Source: Candidatus Latescibacterota bacterium (GTDB lineage Bacteria > Latescibacterota > CBDEFO01). From it: a stretch of DNA of 64,000 bases. Below, piece after piece: positions 1 to 9,120 of the stretch. The stretch is taken from NCBI GenBank assembly GCA_965248755.1, contig OZ252149.1, positions 1,888,001 to 1,952,000 of the forward strand, given 5' to 3'. Every line of letters begins with the position of its first letter. Position 1 is the first letter of the stretch. Below the pieces are notes generated by a model. The model was given only the letters and a program-made list of their open reading frames with translations, ran no database searches and was not told the origin of the DNA. A program made the translations under genes and the position numbers.

Positions 1-384
1 CCGGAGCAGATTATGTTGTGGTGGAGAGACTATAAAGACGCACAGATCGGGATCGTGACAGGCAACATATCCAATGTCGTGGTGGTAGATCTGGACGGAT
101 CAGAAGGTATAACCTCATTCGAGAAACTGGACGACGGAGAGCCGACTGTGTACAGCAAGACCGGCTCCGGCGGCCGCCACTACTTCTACGCTATGCCGAA
201 AGACGGAGATGAAGCCAAACTGCTCCGCAATTTCGCCAGACGGAAGGGCATAGACCTGAGAGCAAACGGCGGATACGTGGTCGTGCCTCCGTCAGAGAAT
301 CAAAAAGGGCGATACGAGTGGCGCATCTCTCCCGACAACCAGATGCCCTCAGACTGTCCAAAATGGATAATAGATGCGTGCAAA

Positions 385-447
385 GTAGGTCAGACGTTCC
401 TGTCTGACGGGGAACAAAAACAGTCAAGAATGTCTGTTCTACCGTCT
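385..447. repeat. REP-like palindromic element inside the primase reading frame
   Basis: GTAGGTCAGACGTTCCTGTCTGAC...CAAGAATGTCTGTTCTAC has imperfect inverted ends. 425-447 is identical to 38107-38129, and 390-409 matches 38146-38165 at 19/20. Confidence 0.75.
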
Positions 448-627
448 TTAGAAAATGGCGTGGATGAAGGCTCCAGAAACGACTCCGCGGCAAGATTGGC
501 CGGACACTTCTTCGGGCAGGGAAAGACAAAGACAGAGGTCAGCGCAGAGTTAGTCGAATGGAACCTGAAGAACAGGCCTCCGCTTGAGCTATCGGAGCTG
601 GAGCAGGTCGTGGTCTCCATTGGCAGG

Positions 628-690
628 ACGCGTGCCTACAAGGCAGGCACGTATGCCTACGCTGTAGGCACGAACGCCTACAACGGAGAG
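628..690 (+). repeat. 3 x 21-bp imperfect in-frame tandem repeat
   Basis: ACGnnnGCCTAC units encoding TRAYKAG/TYAYAVG/TNAYNGE. Confidence 0.7.
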
Positions 691-699
691 CCAAAGAGT

Positions 700-795
700 G
701 ACACCCTTCGTGCTCTTTCAGAGGACACCCTCTGTGCTCTTTCAGGTGACACCCCCTACGCTCTTTCAGGGGACACCCTCTGTGCTCTCTCCGAC
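700..795 (+). repeat. 4 x 24-bp in-frame tandem repeat
   Basis: GACACCCTCTGTGCTCTTTCAGnn units encoding [32 protein letters not shown]. Confidence 0.9.
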
Positions 796-958
796 GGCGA
801 GCGCGGAGACGCCAAACTGTTCGTCAAGCTCTACAGAGACAGATTCTGCTACGACAGCTCCCAGGGTACATGGTACGAGTGGAAGGGGCACTTCTGGGCG
901 CCCGACAGGATCAGGGAGGCGAGGGCCTCCGTAGAGGGCGTGATCCAGATCTATAAAG

Positions 959-1312
959 GGCAGATATTCCTGAGCTATGTAGCTTTCCTCAGAATCGTGG
1001 GCGTATTTGTAGCCCTTTCCGTATCCGAGTTCTTTCATAAGTTGCGTAGGGGCGTTGCGAATGTGGAGAGGGACGGGCAAAGAGGGACTTTTTTGGACGT
1101 CTTCCTGGGCCATCTGATATGCGGAGTATACAGAATTGCTCTTAGGGGCTGTGGCAAGGTAGACTGCCGCTTGAGCGAGCGCAAGTTCACCCTCGGGGGA
1201 GCCGAGAAAGTCAAAGGCGTCCTTGGCGGCTATCGCTATGGTCAAAGAGCGCGGGTCGGCGTTTCCCACGTCCTCTGATGCGAATCGGACCATACGCCTT
1301 GCAATGTATAAA
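959..1312 (-). pseudogene. rarA: Internal/C-terminal fragment of replication-associated recombination protein A (MgsA_C)
   Basis: [70 protein letters not shown]; the AAA+ domain is absent. Confidence 0.9.
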
Positions 1313-1473
1313 CCCACATAGACCGCGTTCCCTCCGGGTTCGACTGCAACCGCTCTGACGTAATTAGTGATAATTGGGGCGGACACCTGGGCGTGTATTT
1401 GTGCAGCGATACCCAAGATAACGAAAGTTATCGTAGCCAGAACCGTGGAAGGTTTCACTGCTCGTCCTCTCAT
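1313..1473 (-). pseudogene. 5' fragment of a secreted protein gene, fused in frame to the rarA fragment
   Basis: AAGGAGGTG RBS upstream; signal peptide ending IHA-Q; then [16 protein letters not shown] (propeller-like strand). Confidence 0.6.
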
Positions 1474-1924
1474 TTTGTTTCATCACCTCCTTACAAGAAC
1501 AATGCCATCAACTGCTATACAGGAGCTCTTTTCTGATGTTTCGCTCCCTCCTTTCCTTTGCCTGAAACTATTTCCCCTTCCGGCATGAAAGTTCTTTAAG
1601 TTAATAGCAGTATCTTTTCAGCAAACAAATTAGGACTACCTATAGCTGTTACGTAGAATTCGTGAAAGACACCGCATAGAAGTCATCAAGTTCTTTGCTT
1701 AATCAGGATAATGTTAGTAACTGTTATACGTATAGTACAATTCCCAAGCTTTGTCAAGCTTTCTTTGATGACATATCTTATTTATTTTACATATATTTAG
1801 TATTTGTCAACTATTTTACAAATACTTTATGAGAAATTTATATCACTGTCGTATTATAGATACGTGAGAGAGACAAAACATCCAAAACTTTTTTGAGTTT
1901 TTATAAATTCAAGATAGAGTACAA

Positions 1925-3550
1925 CCGACATTCCCCATATCACATTCATGAGGGATTATATTTCGATACATTCTTGTTTCTGAATTAATATTACCACTTT
2001 TACATTTTTCAACAAGTACTTTTTTCAATTAAAATAGTATTTTCCTCTGAATTATCACTTTCTTTGTGTTTAAATCCTCCAATTAGAGACACCTCTCCAT
2101 CGACTCACAAAAAAATGTGGCAGTTTAAACAGAATAACATCGCAATCGTTCAATCCGGGATAATATTTCGGCAAATAACCTCTTGTCTATCCCAACCTCA
2201 GCCATTTGAAACGTAATATATCCGCTGTGTCTGACAATCTTCGCTCCGATTTTGATAAATTTCACGAGGAGGCTGCGTAGTGACCAGTGTTTGATTTTCT
2301 TCGGAAGAACAAAACGTCGCAGGAAGTTGCCCAAGTTGTAAGCCAGAACAAACAGCCAGAGCCTCACCTGATTGGAGACGAAACGCTTGCATGAGAGTCG
2401 GGTCCAGTTCAGAGCATACTTGCCCTCCTTAATCCACTGCTCAGCTCTGCCACGGCCATTGTAGAAGTGTACCACGCCTTCTGGCTTGGCGCTCATGTTG
2501 GTCACGATAAATCCCACTCTTGGGAATAACTCCCCTTGGTGCCATTCAACCTTGGCGACCACTCGCCTCGATTGATCCCAACTGGCCGCTTTATATTGAA
2601 ATTCATATAACGATACAATCGGTTTCCTCGGCGGTCGTCCAACTGGCCGAGTCAGCAGGTATCGTATCTTTTCATAGAGTATCTCATTTGCGGGAAACCG
2701 AATGGCATACAAATAGCCGTTTCCCTCCAGATAATCATAAATCTCAGGCTTTGCGAATGCAGCATCGCCTCGAAAGTATTTCCTATTCTTCTTGCTCTCG
2801 TATCTCTTGACGATCGGTTCCAGAACTTCCTTCCAACGATCAGCACTGTGAACATTACCAGAGCGAAGTAGGACTCCTTCACAATCCCCGAACTGATTGA
2901 AGCAGAACACTGGATGAAAACAGGTACATCCGAAATGACCGTTGTAAGCTGATCCTTCCTGCTGGCCATGTACCGGACTCTCCGAACTGTCCATGTCCAG
3001 AATGATTCGTTGATGCTGTGTTTTACTCATCGCTTTTTGAACCCACTTGCCATTGATATCTGACAAGTTTCTGAGATTGTCATGCTGAGTCAGTATATCA
3101 GTTTCAAAACGTCCTATCGTGTTGGAGCTGGCAGCTTGCCTGCCTTTGTCCTTCTTTCCGGTAATCGCTCGCATGACGGGATCAACGGATAATCGCTCGG
3201 CGTCATTTACATCTTCATATCCTGCAAGACGGCTGTATATCGATTGACGCAGGAGAGTAGATATATCATGTTGGATATTACGGCCTGTGCGTTTATCGGT
3301 AAAAACCGCTGATACCGAATCAAATAATCCCAGTGCGTAATCAAGGTCACGATACGCAAGAAGTCCACCGTTTGATGTCACCTTTGCACCATGAAATTCA
3401 AGCTTTATTCCTCCATCAAAACCTACTTTCATTCTTTCACCCTCTGGATGATCAATATTTATCCGCCATTTATGAGTCTTATTTATTGTAATATAACATG
3501 TTCTGGCGACTTTGACAACCATTTTTCGGGTCTAATATGGCGAATGGGGG
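1925..3550 (-). mobile_element. IS1380-family insertion sequence (1626 bp)
   Basis: Terminal inverted repeats CCGACATTCCCCATAT (1925-1940) and ATATGGCGAATGGGGG (3535-3550), 13/16 match, around a single transposase. Confidence 0.9.
2125..3522 (-). CDS. IS1380-family DDE transposase (start uncertain, possibly nearer 3432-3456)
   Basis: LEFHGAKVTSNGGLL, GYEDVNDA, LDMDSSESPVHGQQEG..YNGH, RGDAAF, FYNGRGRAEQWIKEGK, LAYNL. Confidence 0.95.
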   Translation of the reverse strand: MVVKVARTCYITINKTHKWRINIDHPEGERMKVGFDGGIKLEFHGAKVTSNGGLLAYRDLDYALGLFDSVSAVFTDKRTGRNIQHDISTLLRQSIYSRLAGYEDVNDAERLSVDPVMRAITGKKDKGRQAASSNTIGRFETDILTQHDNLRNLSDINGKWVQKAMSKTQHQRIILDMDSSESPVHGQQEGSAYNGHFGCTCFHPVFCFNQFGDCEGVLLRSGNVHSADRWKEVLEPIVKRYESKKNRKYFRGDAAFAKPEIYDYLEGNGYLYAIRFPANEILYEKIRYLLTRPVGRPPRKPIVSLYEFQYKAASWDQSRRVVAKVEWHQGELFPRVGFIVTNMSAKPEGVVHFYNGRGRAEQWIKEGKYALNWTRLSCKRFVSNQVRLWLFVLAYNLGNFLRRFVLPKKIKHWSLRSLLVKFIKIGAKIVRHSGYITFQMAEVGIDKRLFAEILSRIERLRCYSV

Positions 3551-4808
3551 TAAAGACGCTCTCTACAGACAGAGCCAGACAGCGATTGAAGCTATCGGGG
3601 AGAACGAGACGAAGACGAAGCAGCTGAGAAAGAGAATCGGACAGCTCAGCACGAGGCGGCGGGCAGACGAAGTCCTTGAACTCGCATCCAGCGGCGCAGA
3701 TTCCCTGGCGATAGAGGGCCACGAATGGGACAGAAACCCCTACCTGCTGGCATGCCCCAACGGCGTTATAGACCTCAGAACGGGAGAATTGAGAGAAGGC
3801 AGACAAGAGGAATACATAAAGACAGTCTGCCCCACGGAGTACAAGGGGACAGACATTGGCTGTCCCAAGAAGGGGACAGACGCCCCTTGTCCCGCATGGG
3901 AGGAGTTCCTCTTTCAGATCTTCGACGAGGATCAGGAGCTGATCTCCTACGTCAAGAGACTGCTGGGCTACTCTATGTTAGGGCTTTCGACACAGCACGA
4001 ATTCTACATCTTCTGGGGACAGGGAAGGAACGGCAAGGGGACCTTGTTTCAGGCGCTGTCAGATGTGCTGGGTCCCTATGTCTCGCAGGCCCCCAAGGAG
4101 ATGCTCTTATACAACCGCTTTCGGCCCGCAGCCTCTTCTCCCAGATCGGAGCTGATGGCCCTCAGAGGCAAGCGCCTCGTCTGGGCGTCGGAATCCGACG
4201 AGGGACGCCACCTGGACACCAGTCAGGTCAAGTGGCTATCAGGCGGAGACTCCCTTGTGGCAAGAGAGGTCTACGGGAAGCACCAGGTGGAGTTTCGGCC
4301 CACCTTTACTCTCTTCCTCCAGACCAACCACAAGCCGAAGGCAAACGCCTACGACTACGCCCTCTGGGAGAGAATCAGACTGATACCCTTCAATCTCTCG
4401 TTTGTGGACGACCCGCAAAGAGACCACGAAAGAAAGCGAGACCCCAACCTGGCGGAGAAACTGAAAGTAGAGGGATCGGGCATACTCTCGTGCCTCGTCC
4501 AGGGCTGCCTCGACTTCCAAGAACACGGCCTCGCGCCTCCAGATACTGTCAAGATGGCTACAGAATCCTATAGAAAAGATGAGGACGTTATCCAGCAGTC
4601 GTTTGACGAATGTTTTTACATTGACCCTGAAGCGAGCGTGAAAGCAGGAGAGGCCTACAGAACACACGTGGAATGGTGCGATCGAAATCGAATCAGGGCA
4701 AAGAGCAAAAACGTCTTTGCAGAGTGGATGGGAGAGAGATTCGTGAAAGTCAGAAAAAAGGAGGGTCTTTACTATCTGGGAGCCGGTTTAAGGGAAGAGA
4801 TGGTGTAG
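3551..4808 (+). pseudogene. 3' part of the primase-helicase (D5_N remainder + P4-family SF3 helicase)
   Basis: NGVIDLRTG, Walker A GQGRNGKGT, Walker B LVWASE, TNHKP, ALWERIRLIPF. The ATG at 3537 lies inside the IS end. Confidence 0.9.
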
Positions 4809-4930
4809 ACGGTGTAGACGGTGTAGACGGTGTAGACGGTGTAGACCTTTACTATATGTTTGCTGTACAAAACAATTATTTATACACAAAACATAGTACA
4901 CAGGTCTACATGGTCTACACCGTCTACACT
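4802..4930. repeat. Putative replication origin: inverted 9-bp iteron arrays around an AT-rich core
   Basis: 5 x GGTGTAGAC (4802-4846), AT-rich spacer, then 3 inverted copies GTCTACAYN (4904-4930), directly at the helicase stop. Confidence 0.75.
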
Positions 4931-4978
4931 CTATATGACAAAGCAGCAGGTATGTGACACTCTCAAAAGGAGGAAAAG

Positions 4979-5142
4979 ATGGATACCCAAGACATACTTA
5001 CAGTCAAGGAGGCAGCAAAGTCCTAAGGTGCTCAGAAAGACACCTGCGTCAACTAATACACTGCGGATTGCTCACAGCCTACAAGCCGGGAAAACAGTAC
5101 CTCCTGCCCAGAAGCAGTGTCCTCGACTACTTTACGAGATGA
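4979..5142 (+). pseudogene. Excisionase-like HTH (HTH_17) gene with a 1-bp frameshift
   Basis: AGGAGG RBS. MDTQDILTVKEAAK continues in another frame as VLRCSERHLRQLIHCGLLTAYKPGKQYLLPRSSV; break at GCAAAGTCC (~5015-5023). Confidence 0.8.
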
Positions 5143-5210
5143 AAACACGCCCCCTTTGAGTAGGGGGTCTACCCGCGATAGATTCTATCGGGGGCTACTT
5201 AACATTTTCA

Positions 5211-5239
5211 TTGACTTCCCTTCCGATTTCTACTAAATT
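5211..5239 (+). promoter_or_regulatory. Candidate sigma70 promoter for the paralogue cluster
   Basis: TTGACT-17 bp-TAAATT, ~120 bp upstream of ATG 5362. Confidence 0.5.
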
Positions 5240-5361
5240 GCTCTGCATGGCAACTGGATCTCCGCCCTACATTAAATGTGAAGCGCGCAACGTCCGCTGT
5301 CCCAGCGAGTTCAAGGGGACAGACGTTCGCTGTCTACTGTCTACCAAAAAAGGAGGACCTG

Positions 5362-7929
5362 ATGCACAGGCCAGGCATTCTGTCAACTGTTGCGATAACC
5401 GCAGTAATACTATCAACCTTCATCTCTGAGAGGGACGCTATGGCAGCCACGGGAGGGAAAGAAGACGTGGAAAAAAAACTGGAGGTAGTGTTAGAACGGC
5501 TCAAGCACAAGCAAGGGTTACTGGCCCGCCCGGGGCCTTCGGAGAAGGAATGGGCGGTGGGACACGTGGGGCTGACGCTGGCACGGGGGGTGGCAGCCGA
5601 GGCTCTAAAAGAGGCTGAAGAAGGGAGATTCACAGAGGCGCTGTCAGCCGTCGAGTCGTGCGAGAAGCTCCTCGAGGCCAGTACGGACGAGGCCAAACTT
5701 ACGCAAGGAGGGGGTGTGTCGGTTGGAACGGTGCTGGGACACCCGTACATGGGCAATAAGAGGGCAGCTTACGTGTGGGCAAAGCCAGAAGACGGTGCGG
5801 GTCTCATGAGCATCTTCGACAGAGAAAGGTCGCGGGAACTCCTAACTCCAGATCCTACAAGCGCGGCGCTCTGGGAGGTCATGGTCACTGAGGATCCTCA
5901 AGAACTTTGCAGAGATAACATGAAGGAGGGCGACTCTGATACCTCTTTCTGGTCGTGGGACCTGATAATGAAGAGGTTATCCACTTTTTCAAACCAGGGG
6001 AGACCCTGCACGGTGAAATTCCACGCAGACGAGGCGGGAGGCCGACTGGTCTTCCGGTGGTCAAAGGACATAACTGTAGAGGTCGAGCAGCGCCTGGTTT
6101 CTGAAGAAGCCCTTCTGCGAGGAAGGATCGAGACACGCGCTAAGCAGAAGAAAACGGGACCCATGGTGGTTAATTTCCCGGTAGTGACCGGCATCAAACC
6201 GCTCACGCCGGATTCGATCGGAGACCAGATCCTGCACACGGGCAGATTCGGAGACCTGAAGCCGTCTCCGCTTACCAGCGGTAAGACGCCCGAGCACACG
6301 TCGTGCCCCCCCGCGATGCAGTTCACTGCGCTCTTTGGAGACGGGCAGGGCCTCTACTTCGCGGATCACGACGGCCAGGGCAACCGCAAGCTGCTTACAT
6401 GGACAGCCTACTCCGAAAAAGCCGGCGCCGGGTCAGCCTACTCCGAAAAAGCCTACTACGAAAAAGTCCACGCAGACGCAGACCTGCTCATGTTCTCGAT
6501 CGAGCATCCGGTCCCGGACTGGGGCAGCGATAAGCCGCCAAATGAGTATCGTTCCCCGGGAGATCTGGTCCTGGGACCGTTCCCCGGAGATTGGTACGAC
6601 GCAGCAAGGATATATCGGAAATGGGCGCTTACGGCTCCGTGGTGTGCCAAGGGTCCGATATACGAGCGGGCGGACTACCCGAAGTGGTTCCTGGAAGCGC
6701 CTTACTGGACGTTCGGCAACCTGGGCGCAGAAGAGGGCATAGAGGCGGCGCTCGAAAAGCAGGCCTTCTACGAGGTCCCCACGATGATCTCGCACGTCTA
6801 TAACTACTACTTTCCGATGCACCAGGACGACCGGTATCCCGAATACTTCCCGCCCAGGCTCGGTTCTGTGGGATTGAAAGAAACGGTCAAGCGCCTTCAG
6901 GAAAAGGGCATCAGGATCGTCCCCTACGTGAACGGCACGCTTGTGGACATGGATACCGACAGCTTTAGAATGGAGCACGCAGAGAGAGAGGGGGCGCTCT
7001 GGCTGACCCCCGACGCGGAAGTGAACATCACCACCCGCTACGGCGGCGGCGCCTCCATGATGAGGATGTGTCCGGGAAGCCCGCACTGGAGAAAGCAGAT
7101 GCTGGACGACACCCGCGAGCTGATCGGCAGATACGGGATGGACGGGATCTACGTAGACTTCCTCACCGACCATCTGTTAGACTGCTTCAACAAGGACCAC
7201 GGACACTCAATCTCCGGAGGAAACTTCTGGACCAAGGCGGTTCACGACCTCTACGAGGAGATGCACAAGGTCGGCAAGGAACTCAACCCCGACTTCATAC
7301 TCACAAGCGAGGGAGTGGGCGAATACTGCATAGACGTTCACGAGGTATTCTTCTGCAACGGGACGACGGGAAGCTCAGCGCCGCTCTTTCACGCCGTCTA
7401 TCACGGCTATTCCAACATCTACGGCGGAGTCTATGGCAAGACCGACCCTCTCCACGTGGGCCGCTGGTGGCTCATGGGGTCTCAGAACGGGTGGCACGGC
7501 GGCCATCTGGCGGCGGGCGCATACTACAGGGATCTCCTGAAGTGTCGATGGGAGTTCGGGACTCCCTACCTCGGATACGGAGAGATGCTCAGACCCCCGA
7601 AAATAGAGGGCGAACTCCCGGAGGTCTCATCGACAAGCGGTTACGGGACGATCACAGTGCCGGCCGTCGAGGGGAGCGCATGGAAGGCCCCCGACGGCAC
7701 GGTGGGCATATTCTTCCTCAACTATGACGAGGAGAAGGCGCACGACTTCGACTGGGCGGTAGATCTGGCTGAGACGGGGATAAATAAATCTAAGAAGCTC
7801 AGGATGTCCAGATGGACTCAAGCTTCCGGGCTGTCGCCGGTCAAGGAAGTCGAGGGAGGCAAACTGGCAGAGAAGATGAGGATCGAACCGTTGGGCACAA
7901 TTGCACTCAAGTTAGAAGTAATAGAGTAA
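5362..7929 (+). CDS. Exported DUF6259-like putative glycoside-hydrolase-fold protein, copy 1
   Basis: AGGAGG RBS, signal peptide, GDWYDAARIYRKW, YPEYFP, GIRIVPYVNG, MCP, DGIYVD, SEG motifs. Confidence 0.7.
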   Translation: MHRPGILSTVAITAVILSTFISERDAMAATGGKEDVEKKLEVVLERLKHKQGLLARPGPSEKEWAVGHVGLTLARGVAAEALKEAEEGRFTEALSAVESCEKLLEASTDEAKLTQGGGVSVGTVLGHPYMGNKRAAYVWAKPEDGAGLMSIFDRERSRELLTPDPTSAALWEVMVTEDPQELCRDNMKEGDSDTSFWSWDLIMKRLSTFSNQGRPCTVKFHADEAGGRLVFRWSKDITVEVEQRLVSEEALLRGRIETRAKQKKTGPMVVNFPVVTGIKPLTPDSIGDQILHTGRFGDLKPSPLTSGKTPEHTSCPPAMQFTALFGDGQGLYFADHDGQGNRKLLTWTAYSEKAGAGSAYSEKAYYEKVHADADLLMFSIEHPVPDWGSDKPPNEYRSPGDLVLGPFPGDWYDAARIYRKWALTAPWCAKGPIYERADYPKWFLEAPYWTFGNLGAEEGIEAALEKQAFYEVPTMISHVYNYYFPMHQDDRYPEYFPPRLGSVGLKETVKRLQEKGIRIVPYVNGTLVDMDTDSFRMEHAEREGALWLTPDAEVNITTRYGGGASMMRMCPGSPHWRKQMLDDTRELIGRYGMDGIYVDFLTDHLLDCFNKDHGHSISGGNFWTKAVHDLYEEMHKVGKELNPDFILTSEGVGEYCIDVHEVFFCNGTTGSSAPLFHAVYHGYSNIYGGVYGKTDPLHVGRWWLMGSQNGWHGGHLAAGAYYRDLLKCRWEFGTPYLGYGEMLRPPKIEGELPEVSSTSGYGTITVPAVEGSAWKAPDGTVGIFFLNYDEEKAHDFDWAVDLAETGINKSKKLRMSRWTQASGLSPVKEVEGGKLAEKMRIEPLGTIALKLEVIE

Positions 7930-7962
7930 AAACGTAATCGCACTCAAGCTGGAGGTAATAGA

Positions 7963-8859
7963 GTGAAAACCAGGGCTCTCATAACGCTTCTATTTATCTT
8001 GCCGGGCATGTCGGCCCAGGCAGATTCCGAAGGAAAACAATCCATGAAAGCAGAACTGAGGACTCCCGATAGTTGCGTTGCGGCCAGCGGCGCCAAGGCA
8101 GGCGCAGACGGCTGGGCCGACCGCATAATCCACGAAAAGACCGGTATCGAGCTTGTCTTCATTCCGGCAGGCAGCTTTACGATGGGGTCGAGAGAGGCCA
8201 GACCCGTACACCCCGTAGATGTCAAAGAGCCTTTCTACATAGCTAAGACCGAGATCACAAACGCCCTTTACCGCAGCTTCCTGGATGCAACTTCTTACGA
8301 CGGAAAAGGGGATACCGACCCGGCCTACGACCTCTATCTTCGCCACTTTCGGGGAGAGAGTCTCATGTCCAAGGACGACGACTACCCGATCGTCTGGATA
8401 AGCTGGAACAACGCCGCCGCATACTGCAAATGGGCAGGACTGAAACTCCCTACTGAAGCCCAGTGGGAGTACGCCTGCCGCGCCGGTACCAGCACGGACT
8501 ACTACTTCGGCGAAGACGAGAAGGACGCCGGCGACTATGGGTGGTCCCATACCAACAGCGAAGCCCTGACCCACCCAGTAGCCCTTAAGAAGCCCAACGC
8601 CTGGGGCCTATACGACATGCACGGCAATGTCTGGGAATGGGTGGAGGACGATTTCGTGGGCGGCTACGAGGGCGCGCCTGTTGACGGCTCCGCGCGCATA
8701 GAGGGCACGATGACCAAGGCGCTGCGAGGGGGGTCGTGGAGCAACAATACCTGGTTCTATGTGTTCGGCAGCTCGGGACGCTTTAACAGCGCCCCCGGTA
8801 ACGCCTCAAACGATGTGGGATTCAGAGTTTCCCTGCCCATCAGCACGCCTGCGCATTAG
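7963..8859 (+). CDS. Exported FGE-sulfatase (SUMF1-like, CLec-fold) domain protein, copy 1
   Basis: IPAGSFTMG, LPTEAQWEYACRAG, PNAWGLYDMHGNVWEW, RGGSW, VGFR; signal peptide. Confidence 0.9.
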   Translation: MKTRALITLLFILPGMSAQADSEGKQSMKAELRTPDSCVAASGAKAGADGWADRIIHEKTGIELVFIPAGSFTMGSREARPVHPVDVKEPFYIAKTEITNALYRSFLDATSYDGKGDTDPAYDLYLRHFRGESLMSKDDDYPIVWISWNNAAAYCKWAGLKLPTEAQWEYACRAGTSTDYYFGEDEKDAGDYGWSHTNSEALTHPVALKKPNAWGLYDMHGNVWEWVEDDFVGGYEGAPVDGSARIEGTMTKALRGGSWSNNTWFYVFGSSGRFNSAPGNASNDVGFRVSLPISTPAH

Positions 8860-8901
8860 GTGCGTCCAGTTCATAATGACCCAAACTGAGTAACACCTCA
8901 A

Positions 8902-8951
8902 TGTAGGGGCGATCCCCGATTGACTCAAGCGACGTCCAGTCGCCCCAGGGC
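8902..8951. repeat. REP-like family B (TGTAGGGGCG...CGCCCC)
   Basis: Related copies at ~16121-16192, ~19918-19975, ~35622-35651, ~44696-44720, all intergenic. Confidence 0.65.
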
Positions 8952-9120
8952 AGTCCCGTGTGTCTGCTACCCCCCCTTCATTTCCCCCTTATTAAGGGGG
9001 GATACGGAGGGGTTCGCCCCTCTTCGTCATTACGAGGCTACCTACCCCCGAATTCTGACGCCTACAGAGTAGGCGCTGATTCTATCGGGGACCTACTGTC
9101 TACCAAAAAAGGAGGACCTG

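Larger units (their letters stand above)
1..958 (+). pseudogene. 5' part of phage/plasmid primase-helicase (bifunctional Prim-Pol + PriCT + start of D5_N); begins before the window, interrupted by an insertion after 958
   Basis: Motifs WW..IGIVTG, VVVDLD, TGSGGRHYFY, IDLRANGGYVVVPPS (Prim-Pol); EGSRND..ARLAG..WN..NRPPL (PriCT); WYEWKGHFW (D5_N). The frame is open from base 1. The ORF-track tail after IQIYK is read-through into inserted DNA. Confidence 0.9.
959..3550 (-). mobile_element. IS1380-family transposition unit (IS plus ~966 bp passenger DNA)
   Basis: Flanked by direct repeat TAAAG (954-958 and 3551-3555). Removing the unit and one repeat restores the primase frame (IQIYKDALYRQ). Confidence 0.88.

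Noticed and set aside
13..1278. 421-aa ORF as an intact primase and 3537-4808 as a separate gene
   Set aside because: They are two halves of one gene; the junction sequences come from the inserted unit
4673..4957. ORF with GVD repeats
   Set aside because: Translation of the 9-bp iterons, overlapping the helicase in another frame
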